The notes: a model not told the origin generated them from the letters alone. Positions 40,195 to 53,966 are shown, numbered from the stretch's first letter. The stretch: DNA of 64,000 bases from Octopus vulgaris (GCA_951406725.2 OX597822.1:26226001-26290000); one strand, 5' to 3'. A program made the numbers and translations.

Positions 40195-41527
40195 ACATGC
40201 GTGCGTGTGTGCATTCATACATATTTTCATGTAAAGTTATGTTTAACACATTTGAGTGCATTTGGACATGATAAGACCTATCGCTGCAAAAATAGTCCCA
40301 ACAGAAAATTCTCATCCTACAATTATTCCTGCAAAATAAGGTCTTATGACATCCAAATACTCTTGACTTTATTAAACATAATGTTAACAGAAATATATTT
40401 TATTCAAAGCTGCTTCGTGTGATATTATAAGCACAATCATGGCTGCATGGTAAGAAGTCTACTTCCCAACCACATGATTTTAGGTTCAATTTTACTGTAT
40501 GACACTTTGGGCAAGTGTCTTCTACTATAGCCCCAGGTTAACCAAAACCTTGTGAGTGGACTTGTTAAACAAAAATTGTGGGAGCCTGTCATATTGTTGT
40601 CTTCCTTTGTTTTTGACCACACAAATAAAGAATTACTATATTCAGGTATGATTATTACTAAACTGATGCAGAATTGGCCTGGCTGTGGAGCTAGTATTTG
40701 ATACCCTTTTATTCATATAGACACAGTATTTTCTGGTTCAGTTTATATAGTTTTAAATAGATATTAGATGGATATTTTGAGATATGGTTTACTAATAATG
40801 CAAGGTGAAAGAGCACAGAGTAATTGAGTTACAGTTCATTAAAATAAATAGCTTTATTTGACCTTTTGTGATTATGTTTTTTATGTGCTTCCATACATTA
40901 TGCCAATCCATAGATATAACACACAGAACAAATCAACCAGAGAGCCTCTAGCCTCCAAGTGGACACAACATGCTGCTAGAAATAACAGCTAACCTGACTG
41001 GAACTTAGCAAATTACTCTTCTCTATCTATAATTCCTGGGATATTAAATCAACTCCACTTTATATCACCAACCCCTGAAGGTTGAAAGGCAAAGTTTACC
41101 TTAGCCAAATTTGAACACAAGGCATAAAAATCCATGACTAAATGCTGCAGGAATTTTATCCAACACTCGATCGGTTCTGCTATTCTGTTACCCAAGAAAA
41201 ACAGGTCAAGCTTTTGCTTGTTTCACTGTTAGATGAAAGTGGAAGCCTTCTTTAGGACCCAGACAAACTACTTACTGAAGTAAGGCATATTCATCTAAGA
41301 CCAAATAATGACATATCACACAATTCATATTACTTATATAGTGGTCATTAAAAATTCTAACATCGTTTACCAAAATTATTTCTACTTTAGGACGATTATA
41401 ACATCAATACTTATCAATTAATATTTTTTTTGATATTGATTTTATTTTGTTGCACACTTTATTAATATTAAGATTGATCAAATCAAATTATTATTATTCT
41501 AGTATTCTTTTATCATCATCATCATCA

Positions 41528-41570
<43 letters not shown>

Positions 41571-41792
41571 CATTATTATTATTATTATTATTTGTAGTTT
41601 TGAGATATGAAAGTGACAAAGACAAATGTAACATTACCCAGTTATTATGAAGTTAACAACAAAAAAAATGGTGCTACAATCATAAAATAAAAACATGAAT
41701 ACAAATGTATATATATACATGCATACATAGATATAGAATTAGAGGGAGATATAGATATATAGATAAAGATATACACATAATGTATATATATA

Positions 41793-42202
41793 GGTGTAGG
41801 AGTGGCTGTGTGGTAAGTAGCTTGCTAACCAACCACATGGTTCTGGGTTCAGTCCCACTACATGGCACCTTGGGCAAGTGTCTTCTACTATAGCCTCAGG
41901 CCAACCAAAACCTTGTGAGTGAATTTGGTAGACGGAAACTGAAAGAAGCCCGTCGTATATATGTATATATATATATATGTATGTGTGTGTATATGTTTGT
42001 GTGTCTGTGTTTGTCCCCCCAACATCGCTTGACAACTGATGCTGATGTGTTTACGTCCCCGTAACTTAGCGGTTTGGCAAAAGAGACCGATAGAATAAGT
42101 ACTAGGCTTACAAAGAATAAGTCCTGGTGTCGATTTGCTCAACTAAAGGCGGTGCTCCAGCATGGCCACAGTCACATGACTGAAACAAGTAAAAGAGTAA
42201 AA
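41793..42202 (+). mobile_element. Full-length tRNA-headed SINE family A with internal (TA)n(TG)n and a CR1-like tail
   Basis: A-box-like TGGCTGTGTGG, B box GGTTCAGTCCC, tail GGCGGTGCTCCAGCATGGCCACAGTCACATGACTGAAACAAGTAAAAGAG; more than a dozen full or partial copies in the window. Confidence 0.93.
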
Positions 42203-42289
42203 CAGTATATTATTTTACTACTATAAGTCTGTTTGTTATGTATAATGTGTATGTGTGTATCATCATCATCATCATCATCATCATCATTA

Positions 42290-42469
42290 TTTAATACATT
42301 ATTTACATCATTTACATTGGACGGATGTGTGTCCTCATCTTCTTCAATGTTACCACATTTTGGCTGATTTACACTCCAGCCTTCATCAGGTATCCTGGTA
42401 AAATTTTGAACCCAACCCTGGGTTCTCATTCCTAAGGTATTATTCGATGTTATTATTATTACTATTATG

Positions 42470-42559
<90 letters not shown>

Positions 42560-43133
42560 GAGTGAGAGAGCAGTGCATGCCATCAAAGTGACACTGGGGT
42601 AAAATATACGAAGCCCAGTATACCCATCATGACTACCCGTCTGATAAGGGTACACCAGGCACATGCATCACAACCATGTGTGCGCGACATGGTGATCTCA
42701 TATCAAGATAAACAGTACATGACCTTGCAGGTGGGGCCCAGTTAGAATTTTCTTCAGGTCAAGTAACCCATCCCACTCGAAAGCTCCCTGAATAAGGGTT
42801 GTTTAAGGATGTTGAACGAAACACCCATGTTTCCAGAGGTGAATTATTCAAACCCCAAAGAACCCCTCTCAACACACAGCTATGATGCTCCCCCACTACT
42901 TCTGCTCATGATCAGAGATGCACATATCGTCAGCCACTAAGGGACATGCTCAACTGGTTAAGGTCAAACAACTGACAAGCAAATCTGTGGTATTGAGCAG
43001 AATATTTGCTGTAGCCCATCTTTTATACCAAGACAAAACAATGTACATGATAACACTTCCAATCAGTTAAGATCAGAAACCATGAGAGCCACTGCCTGGT
43101 ACTGCATCAGGGCATTTATTATTATTATTATTA

Positions 43134-43191
<58 letters not shown>

Positions 43192-43272
43192 GATTATTAT
43201 TACTCAGGTCACTGCCTGGAATTGAATTCAGAATCTTGGGGTTAGTAGCCCACGCTCTTAACCACTATGCCT
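42290..43272 (-). mobile_element. Putative tRNA-headed element (head 43200-43272, body 42290-42470) carrying a decayed hammerhead and split by a family T insertion
   Basis: Head GGCATAGTGGTTAAGAGCG..GAATTCAATTCC; body CTGATGA-a-GGCTGG..TCAGCC-AAAA. Joining the two parts is inference. Confidence 0.55.
42560..43117 (-). mobile_element. Family T element, apparently full length, with (ATT)n on both sides
   Basis: Three copies in the window. Confidence 0.9.
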
Positions 43273-43612
43273 CAGACTGACAAAACCTTTGTGAATATAT
43301 GTGATGGACAGAAAATCAGTCTGTTATAATTATAATAATAATAATATCTGACAACCCTCATCTCTATGAAGGTTGTCAGATAAAACTACGTGTCTAGGAC
43401 TTTGTGTTGGCATTATTGTAAAAGCATCAAGTGAGATGTCCTGTGGTACCTGTTTTTACAAATACCACCAACACCAACACCACTACATCCATCATCATAC
43501 CTAATAGACCCACCCACCATGAATCCACTATCTCCACCGTAACCACCTTCATTGTCATCATCCTCATTGTGCAACTGCAACTGTAATGATGACAATGACG
43601 ATGATGATAATG

Positions 43613-43649
<37 letters not shown>

Positions 43650-43858
43650 TAGTTGCAATAATTTGTTAGGTATGATGTATCATAAATACCAACACAAAAA
43701 CATGAAGCAAGCATATTTCATACATGCGTATCATTCCTGTATGTATATATATATATATATAAATATAGTTCAAATTTACAGAAAAAAAAGACGTAGACAG
43801 GTGAGGGAACAACAAGCAGGTGTATTAGTTTGATGCTCAGGAAGAATGGAAAAGTATT

Positions 43859-43899
<41 letters not shown>

Positions 43900-44041
43900 C
43901 CTACTCTCATAGATATATATATATATGTATATAATAAATATATATATTTACTCACAAGCAGATAGGCACACACATATATAGATAGAGAGAGAAAGGGGGA
44001 GAGAAAGAAAGAGATGTGGACAGATAGGTATATACATACAA

Positions 44042-44074
<33 letters not shown>

Positions 44075-45394
44075 CACACATACAAACATACATAAATACA
44101 TACATACATACATACATACATACATACATACATGTATGCATACATATATATATATATATATGGAGTGACACTAAGTATGCAAGTGGCAGACAAAAGCAGG
44201 TTCTGTCACACTGAGAACTAGTCAAAAGGTGAGAGAAATTAGTGGCTGTGCTGAAACAGGTGGAAGAGAGAGGGCGAGGGGGAATAAGTAGGAGCCAGAT
44301 TAGCAAGAAGCTTGACAAAACAGGCAGTCAGGTTAAACAAATAAATAAATTGTTACTAATATAAGCACCAGGCCTCAAATTTGTGCTGAGTGGTCTAATC
44401 CCCCTCTTCCTCCTCATCATCATCATTTTTAACATCTACTCTTCCATTTTCACTTGGGTGAGATGGAATTTTGTTGTGATAGATTTTTCTATGGGTGGAA
44501 TTTGAACTCAGAGCCTAATGATGAACATTATGCTGTTAAGTTGATCTGGGATGATAGCAAAAAACACTTGCTCAAGGTCCAGTACACTGGGATTGAAATC
44601 GAAACCAAACACACACACACACACACACACACATATAATATTATATAGCATGTATGTATATTTATGTATATGGATTTCCATGCGTAGACCATAAATCTGC
44701 AAAACATTTCCATAAATTTTGATGGGGGTCAGAATTCTGCCTATATTTCCTCCATGAGACCAGCATAGTTTCTGGTTAGTGACACTCTTTTCGCTTGATT
44801 ATGTGTCACTAAGTCTCTCAGGTACTGTTTTGCACATTATTGGGATGTTACAAGGCCCCTAATGTCTAGCAAGAATACCGATGTGACATATAGGGTGTCG
44901 GTAGTAGCCATTAGTCTGAGATGTGCAGAAGTGTCAGAGATGGTCAAGGAAACACTTCCTTTTGTACCCTCCTCCTTTTATTTATCTTTTCTTTTTCTTT
45001 TTGGTGGGGGGGGACCCACGTTTTCGGCTATAGATGTATGTGTGTATGTGTATCTATGTATTTGTGTGTATCTTTATTTTTAAACCTCATGTGATGATTG
45101 TACATGAGCATTTTCATCAGACAAGTGAGGTTGTTCATTGCCAATCTTCCATGAAAAATATGTCTAGCTATGGGAAAACATTATCTTACTTGGAAACAGG
45201 TGAAGGCTGTTTACAAGAAAGGCAGCCAGAGGGAAAAAAATCTGTCTCGATAATTTCCGTTTCACCTATGCAAGCATGGGAAAAAAGACATTAAATAATG
45301 TGGATGATGATATATATTTACACATACACATACACACACACATACACACACACACATTCATTTAATGATATAGATGAATAACAGAAAAATATTG

Positions 45395-45815
45395 GGATCT
45401 TTTCGGTTTGAACGGCAGTTTTTTTTAGCAGTGTCATATGAAATTGTCACCCATAATTATGACCCTAGTATCGATCTATTGCATTTCAATCTGTTTTAGG
45501 GTTAGGGTTAGGGTTAGGGGTGGGGTTAGGGGTGGGGGGAAGGGTATCTTTTTTTCTTCGGAAATGTAAATAAACCCAATCTGTTTCTTAAACGAGGGAC
45601 ATATTCATGCGGCACAGAATGTTTTCACCTCAATAGACGTCATTGATTGGTTGAAATTGCAGAAATTGAAGAAAAAATTACAACAAACATCTTACAAACT
45701 ATAGAATTTTCTCAAGAAAGCCAAGAGAAAAAGATGTTTTATAAACACATTCTACCAGTATGCGAAGTTTAAAAGCGTTTAGTTACATGGAAATTATTTC
45801 AAACCGAAAAGATCC
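45395..45815. mobile_element. MITE with 18-bp TIR GGATCTTTTCGGTTTGAA, 8-bp TSD AAATATTG and an internal TTAGGG tract
   Basis: Perfect TIR and TSD read directly. GG termini plus an 8-bp TSD fit Merlin; Mutator is not excluded. Confidence 0.9.
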
Positions 45816-47277
45816 AAATATTGTAACATCACCAGCAAGATTCATGCTCTGAACCTGTTGTAAACTTTGCAGCTATGTTCATACACACACATATGTACAC
45901 ATTTGTAGGGGTGGGGGGCAAGAATGTACAAACAAGAGAAAAATGTTCTCAATACCTTGAGTAGGATTTTATTCATTCACTTAAATCTAAGGTTACAATG
46001 AGGCAAATTGCGTACATACCTATACATTCATAGAGTCTCACTTGTTCACACTTACATGCCAACATTTACATACATACATACAAACATTACACACACACAC
46101 ACACACACACATACACACACACACACACATTAGTTACACGTGTATACATTTTTTAATTAATACTTGCCACAAGTTATAGATTATTTATAAAAAAAAACAA
46201 TTATTAATAAAAAATGTATACGTAATCATGTTTTGAGTTCTATTTTCCTGTTTGCATCACCAAACTCACACACACACACACACAAATACACACACATACA
46301 CACACATGTACAGACACATGTATATTCACATACACAAATGTGAACCACATGTGGATATTAATAAACAGTAATAAGAGAATGAGCTTATCAAATCTACATT
46401 CAGTGTTTAGCATATAAGTGCAATACTAATTAAATAGTGATACACCTGCCATCTAAAGGTCCTCTGTGTCTATATTTCTGAGTATATTCAACAAACTGAA
46501 ATAAACTTCTCTAACATTAATATAATTATGTAATAAATTATTCAACTAAATGTATACATGTCTAGATATATTACATATATCGCTGATGTGTTAGGAGTGC
46601 TTTGCTTATTATCCATACTAACTTTACCATGGATTATATGTGATTTCACTGTAGCAGTTAACATGGGGTAAGCAATTGCTGATAAGGACATAATGATATT
46701 CTAAACAAGCGTAAAGTTGATCCTTCTTTTCCTGTTCATGATGAGGTTATATGAAAATGACAGGCATTAGTGTTTTGCATTTACTAAATTCAATTCACTT
46801 ATAACAGAAGAGACAGTTAAAATCTTTGGATATACACTATACTAAAATTTAGTCTGAAAATTAAACACTGCTCGAATATCAGTAATTTATGCAACAGAAC
46901 TAGCAGCCAAAAATGTGTTGAATACTCAAATAGAAAGCAAACTTTTTAACCACACAACCATACATATCTGTAAGTATGGCTTTTGCATCCATCTCTCAAA
47001 ACATGTAAGGCCATTGAAAACTTCATCTGACCCATGCAAGCATGGACAAGGAAAGGTAGATGTTAAAGAAATGATGATGATAAGGAGGAGGAGAAGGAAA
47101 ATATATATACTTCATTATTAAAGCTGTGAAAACATCACAGTAGCAGACTTTTGTGATATTTTTGTAATGTTTTCGCAGCTTTAATAATAAAATATATTAC
47201 TATTATTCAAGTATTATTTTTGCCCACCTTGTTTCCCATTTATGTTTACTCTGATATATGTATGTATATATATATAT

Positions 47278-47309
<32 letters not shown>

Positions 47310-47701
47310 CAGCTTAGACCCTACTACATGTCTAGACACAAGGACAGAACTTTTCGGATCATGCCCACGTGTGACTAAATTTCTGTTACGTTTTTGGTCC
47401 CCTAAAGAAAACAGATAGAACATGCTTTCTATGTTATGTCTCAAGAAGATTTTATATATTTTTATATATTTTTTATATATTTTTTATGTATTTTTATATA
47501 ATTTTTATGGCGAAAAATGCGAGCGATGTATAAGTACGCAGGCAAGCAGAGTTATAACACAGTAATTTCCCTTTGTATAACAGTATTTTTTCATAGCGTT
47601 TTCAAATAGCCAGATAACCGAAGAGATCTCGTGGATTCCCACTTCGGCATCTGAAACTCAGAGTTTTATCTTGACTATTGAGTAATGTAACATATTATTG
47701 T

Positions 47702-47767
<66 letters not shown>

Positions 47768-47827
47768 TGACAGATAGCTATGTACATGCATACATACATA
47801 AATACATGCATGCATACATCATACTCA

Positions 47828-47976
47828 TGTGGCAGTGTGGTAAGAATGTTGCTTCCCAACCACATGGCCCCAGGTTCAGTCCCACAGCATGGCACCATGG
47901 GCAAGAGTCTTCTATTATAGCCTTGGGCCGAGCAAAGCTTTGTGAGTGGATTTGGTAGACAAAAACTGAAAGAAGC

Positions 47977-48023
<47 letters not shown>

Positions 48024-48270
48024 ATGTATGTATGTATGTATGTATGTATCTGTGTGTATGTCTATGTGTCTGCGTTTGTCCCCCATCACTGCTTGACAAC
48101 CGGTGTTGGTGTGTTTACGTCCCTGTAACTTAGCGGTTCAACAAAAAACCACCGATAGAATAAGCGCCAGGCTTCAAAAAGTAAGTCCTAGGGTTGATTT
48201 TGTTCAGCTAAAACCCTTTCAAGTCAGTACCCCAGCATGGCCACAGTCAAATGACTGAAACAAGTGAAAA
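47828..48270 (+). mobile_element. SINE family A, full length, diverged
   Basis: Homology to 41793-42202. Confidence 0.88.
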
Positions 48271-48686
48271 AGGAAAAAAATACAAAACACGTACAAACAC
48301 ATTCACCTACGTCTACCTTGGTAGCTGAACATTCAAAATTAGAACTGATTGTAGCCTCACCAGATTTTGTTTTTCTTTTCCTTTCACCTTCATTTCTCAA
48401 CAACTTACCTAACTGCTCCCTTCACCTTCTTCCCCCTTTTTTTCCTCTCTCAGTTCTTCTTGCCCACCTCACTTTTATCTTGAGTTTACTCTTCTTCCTC
48501 CTCCTCCTCCTTTTTTCTTTTTCTTTTTCTTTCTTTTTTCCCCCCACTTCTTACACGTGTGTTATTTCAGTTCCTCCACTTCTTCACAGTTTTAATTTGC
48601 TCTTTGCTCATCACTTACTAACATGCGTGCACACACACACACACACACACATACACAGATACATATGCACAAACACACACACATTC

Positions 48687-48726
<40 letters not shown>

Positions 48727-48737
48727 ATGTATATGCA

Positions 48738-48784
<47 letters not shown>

Positions 48785-48808
48785 ATATATATGTATATAT
48801 ATATATAT

Positions 48809-49009
48809 AATTGCAGCGTGGAAGGTGTTTGTAAGCCATTTAAGAAACACACAAAAGCCGTTCGATTCACTTCAACATTTTTGTCAGTGAACAGGTCGCG
48901 GATTTTAGCGACGAAAATATTTTGACAAATTAAACTTAAATGTTGAAGTGAATCGAACGGCTTTTGTGTGTTTCTTAAATGGCTTACAAACACCTTCCAC
49001 GCTGCAATT
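48809..49009. repeat. Perfect 72-bp inverted repeat (48809-48880 and 48938-49009) in (TA)n context
   Basis: The arms are exact reverse complements by eye. Confidence 0.95.
48881..48928 (+). ncRNA. Hammerhead-like motif with variant G3-C8 core
   Basis: TTGTCA-GTGAACA-g-GTCGC(ggatttta)GCGAC-GAAA-ATAT-TT-TGACAA. Confidence 0.62.
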
Positions 49010-49077
49010 GTTTTCGTTTCAGCACACGATCTCAGATCAAATCACTTGCTATGCGAGTACATCTCCCTATATATGTA

Positions 49078-49184
<107 letters not shown>

Positions 49185-50212
49185 ATGCACTCGTACAGTG
49201 CAAATGAGGGAACTTTTAAATGGTCCCTTGGACAGGTAGAAATACCTGCCAAATTCTTCCATATCACACCCATTATAATCTTATGAAAACAAAAGGAGTA
49301 AAAAACAGCACATTTCCCAAGTGTGTTCCTAGATACACAAGCTGATAAAGATTAAAATGGCTCTGATAATAAGTCTGTTATTTAACAAAAAAACAACACA
49401 CACACACACACACACATACACACGCGCACAGAGTCATACACATAGTCACACATAGTTACACATACATTGTCCCTCTGTCAAACACATTCACAAACACACA
49501 CACTGTCTCTGTCTCTCTCTTTCTCCCCCCCCCCACACACACAAGACACACAAACAGACTCATACACTATCTCCCACATACACATACACCTTCACACACT
49601 TTCTCACCCATGTGCTTACACACACACACATACACACACACTAACACATATTCACAGTTCTTTTATTGTGTTTGTGGATTTTTCTTCTTCAATTTCTCTC
49701 TTTGATTCTTACCATTTTCTTTTATTTTTTCACCTTTCTCTTTATTTTGGTTCCTTTTATCTTTTGCAATAAATAACCAAACATTAAAATAGCAACAAAA
49801 ATCCTAAGGACACCAGCACAAAACAGAAGCCTAGTCTAATGAAATGAACTGGCCCTTATATATTACTGGTATTTCTTTCATCAACTCCTACAGCATAACT
49901 ACGTTATCATTTCACAGAATGACTTATATAGTGAAACTAAAAATAAACATGTAGCAGTAAAAGTAATACATCATGTTGGTATGTTGGTGTTGTTGGGAAG
50001 CGTGGTGGTTAGGTTTCACTCACTGACAAACCAAGTACAGCTGTTCGCATTATAAGTCTAGTTAATCCCTTCTCTTTTGTCTCTCTCACTCTCTCTCCAT
50101 TTACATGCACACACACACACAAACAGATATATGTACAAGAGTGAAGTTGAAATTCATACATTCATTTATATACATATATGTGGTGTGTGTGTGTAATATA
50201 TTTTATATTATA

Positions 50213-50330
<118 letters not shown>

Positions 50331-50621
50331 GAATAATTCACCTCTGGAAACATGGGTGGCTCTTTCAACATCCTTAAACAACCCTTATTCAGGGACCTTT
50401 TGAGCGGGATGGGCTACTCAACCTGAAGAAAATTCTAACTGGGCCCCACCTGCAAGGTCATGTGCTGTTTATCTTGATATGAGATCACCATGTCGCGCAC
50501 ATATGGTTGTGATGCATATGCCTGGTGTACCCTTATCAGACGGGTAGTCATGATGGGTATATTGGGCTTCGTATATTTTACCCCAGTGTCACTTTGATGG
50601 CATGCAACTGCTCTCTCACTC

Positions 50622-50622
<1 letters not shown>
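50331..50622 (+). mobile_element. Family T element, 5'-truncated, with (AAT)n on both sides
   Basis: Matches the 3' half of 31980-32542. Confidence 0.9.
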
Positions 50623-50652
<30 letters not shown>

Positions 50653-50869
50653 TATATTGAGGTTATGAGAGGTAATGGTGTCAAGAAGACCCGAGGTGTC
50701 AGGTAATGCTGAGTAAGTGCTATGGATAGACTATAGTTAAGCTCTAGGTTTGGTGATTATGTGAATGAGAAGTCCAACGTAGGTCATATATTAGCATGTA
50801 TATATAAAAAATTAACAGAATGACATAAAAATCCAAGGCTGTGAAAGATTTCAGGACATTTATAAAGAG

Positions 50870-50917
50870 GTCTTACAGCTGTTTCCGAGATATTTTATAT
50901 ATCCCTTCATCAGAGAC
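50870..50917 (-). ncRNA. Minimal type I hammerhead ribozyme motif (within Penelope-like fragment 50810-51110)
   Basis: Reverse complement GTCT-CTGATGA-a-GGGATA(tataaaa)TATCTC-g-GAAA-CAGCTG-TA-AGAC. Confidence 0.85.
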
Positions 50918-51217
50918 GGTGCGAGAAAATGGTCAAGCAATAGTTATTCTAGAAAAGATATGAAATAGAGAGTGAAGTGGAGGAATGAAAACAGAGACGT
51001 GAGATATGCAGGGATATTGTATCTGCAGTTCCATTATTTAAGCAGAATGGTAAAAATATAAGTTTCCTGTACTTTGTGAGTAAGTTCCAATAGTATTTAA
51101 AATTGGTCAAATACTATTGGAACTTTGAAGGCAGTGCTCCAGCATGGCTGCAGTCAAATGACTGCAACAAGTAAAAGAAATGCACACACATGCACAGACA
51201 CATACACACAGATAGAC

Positions 51218-51269
<52 letters not shown>

Positions 51270-52310
51270 GGATGGACGGACATACAGAGAGACAGACAGA
51301 TGGAGAGAGGGATGGATGGATAGATGGACAAAAGCTACATTGGCTAATGCATATATATACATACATTCATACTTATGTGCATAAAGGCACATGCACACAC
51401 ACACACATACACACACACATACACACACACACACATACGCACACACTTATATACAGAGAGAAAAATAGAGGGAGACATACACACATGTGCATGAGTATGT
51501 GTATCTGTGTGTGTACCTCCGTATGTGTGCACATGCATGTATGTATGTGTGTTTGTGCATGTGCATGTGTGTGCATGCACAAGGATGCATCTAAGTTTAT
51601 TTTTCCCACTTCAAAAATGGTGTGGTGAAGGATTTGATAAAAATACTGATAAAATAAATGCCGTTCTGAAATATATATATAATTGTACTGATGTAACCAA
51701 CTACAAAATACCATGAAGATTAGTAGCTTAACATGGCTACAATCCAATGCCTGAAACCAGAAAAAAAAAAAATATATATATATATATAAACACACACATA
51801 CATATATATATATCTACATATTTATATACACACTTACACACACACACACACATATATATATATACGCGCACACACATATATGTACATACATACATATATA
51901 CATACATACATATATACATATGTATGTATATATATCAGGTACGTGCCATCAATAATTACTCAGGCTAGGCAGTTGGTGACCTTTATGCAGTAAAACACAA
52001 AAAATAAGCAAAACACAGGCCCACAACTGAGTTGAAGGCAGATTTATTTCTGCCTTTATAGGATGTAAAGAAAATGGTATTGTATGAGTGTATGCAGAAT
52101 GTGTACTATAGCAGTACTATGTGTAGCTTAAATACTGAGTTTGAAAGGCAGGGACGACTTATGCCCACCTAATCTACAAAAAAAATATATATTTTGCATT
52201 TTATGCATAGTAATCAGCATAACCTTCATAATTTTATTGAATTAGGTACATATTTTGCCATAAAAAGAAAGTGTTGCCCTCAATCTATTTTATTCAAAGT
52301 AGGCACGTCC

Positions 52311-52354
<44 letters not shown>

Positions 52355-52854
52355 ATGAGGGAATATTATTCCAAACTTACAGGGAAAAAATTCAATTTAG
52401 AAATACTAAATCAAATTTCACAAAATATAATATATATATATAAATTAGAAAAAAACCACCTTTTATCAATTCAACAATGAAAAACTAAATTATACCATCT
52501 AGGAAATTACGAACTGCAGAAAGATCAAATATAAGATAAAATATATAACGATGATTAAGTAATGTGCAAAACAACAAATAAAATGTATATATTTGGTAGA
52601 ATAACGACACTTGTTTCGTGGCTATATTTAAGAAATTATAATAGTAAAAATAATAGTAGTAGTAGTAAAATCACTTCAATATGAATATAGTTACTCTTTA
52701 GGTTAAAGATAACAACAATAATAAAATAATTAATTAGATAAATTAATAAATATACATAAATAATCTTATAAATACGAAATATTTTAACAAATATATATAC
52801 ACACAGACATACATACACACACACACACATATATATAAGAATATCAACTTCAAA

Positions 52855-53066
52855 TTTTGGCACAAGGCCAGTAATTCTAGGGGATAAGTAAGGTAATGGT
52901 TATTTTAATTGACCCCAGTTCTCAACTGGTACTTATGCTATCGACCCTGAAAGAATGAAATGCTAAACTGATTTTGATGAAAATTGAACTCAGAACATTA
53001 AGATGGATGAAATAGTGCTAAGCATTTTGCCGGGTGTGCTAACAATTCTACCAGCTTGCCACTTTA
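52855..53066 (-). mobile_element. SINE family B
   Basis: Reverse-complement homology to 5626-5838. Confidence 0.78.
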
Positions 53067-53079
53067 GAATATACATATA

Positions 53080-53966
53080 CAGGGTGTCCCAAAAGTCACT
53101 GAGCAGTTTCAATTTTTAATAACTTCCTTAACTTTACAAATAAATGCATGAAATTTTGATACAATATAAAGGACATAATGGAAATTAATACGCATCAGTC
53201 AAATTTTGCAACATTACTACATCACAACAAAAAAATAACATTGCTTAAATGGCAGCCATTTTTGGCTTCACACACCCATGTTCTTTCCAAAACATGCACC
53301 ATAACACCCTTAAGGGTTTCAGACCCTACTTCTCTGATTTTTGTATTGATGTTCTCCTTCAGTTGCACCAGGGTCTCCAGGTTTTGATGTAAACCCTCTC
53401 TTTCAAGTATCCTCACAAGAAAAAAATGCAAGCTAGTCAAGTATGAGGAAAATGAAGGCCAGTTGACATTGCCGTAGCAGGAGATTATTCTCTCTCCAAA
53501 GCATTGCCATAGCAACTGCACTGTTTCCCTTGCAGTATGAGCAATTGTCCCACTTTGCTGGAACCATGTATATGTTCTACTTTGAATGGCCTTTCATGTT
53601 CCCCGGACTTGACTAGCCTGAATTTTTACTTGTAGGGATACTTGAAAGAAAGGGTTTATGTCAAGAAACCAGAGACCCTGGTACAACTGAAGGAGAACAT
53701 CAATAGAGAAATCAGAGAACTGGGATCCGAAACTCTTGAGAGTGTTATGGTGTAAGTTTTGAAAAGAGCATGTGTATGCAAAGCTAAAAATGGCTGCCAT
53801 TTAAGCAATGTCCTTTTTCATATATGATAAAGTGGTATTGCAAAATTTGACTTGTGCTTATTAATTTTCATTGTCCTTTATATTGTATCAAAATTTCATG
53901 CATTTATTTGTAAAGTTAAGGAAGTTATTAAAAATTGAAACCCATCAGTAGGTTTCGGACACCCTG
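53080..53966. mobile_element. Foldback element derived from a DD41D (rosa-type) Tc1/mariner; ~380-bp inverted arms, TA TSD
   Basis: TA-CAGGGTGTCC...GGACACCCTG-TA. Minus-strand WFQQSGTIAHTA..WPSFSSYLTSLHFF has 41 residues between the two (mutated) catalytic positions. Confidence 0.9.

Noticed and set aside
45496-45544. Telomere or chromosome fusion site
   Set aside because: Only a few repeats, enclosed by the TIRs and TSD of a MITE.
52603-52625. GAAA-CAAGTG-TC half hammerhead on minus
   Set aside because: No CTGANGA partner found upstream; at most a truncated fragment.
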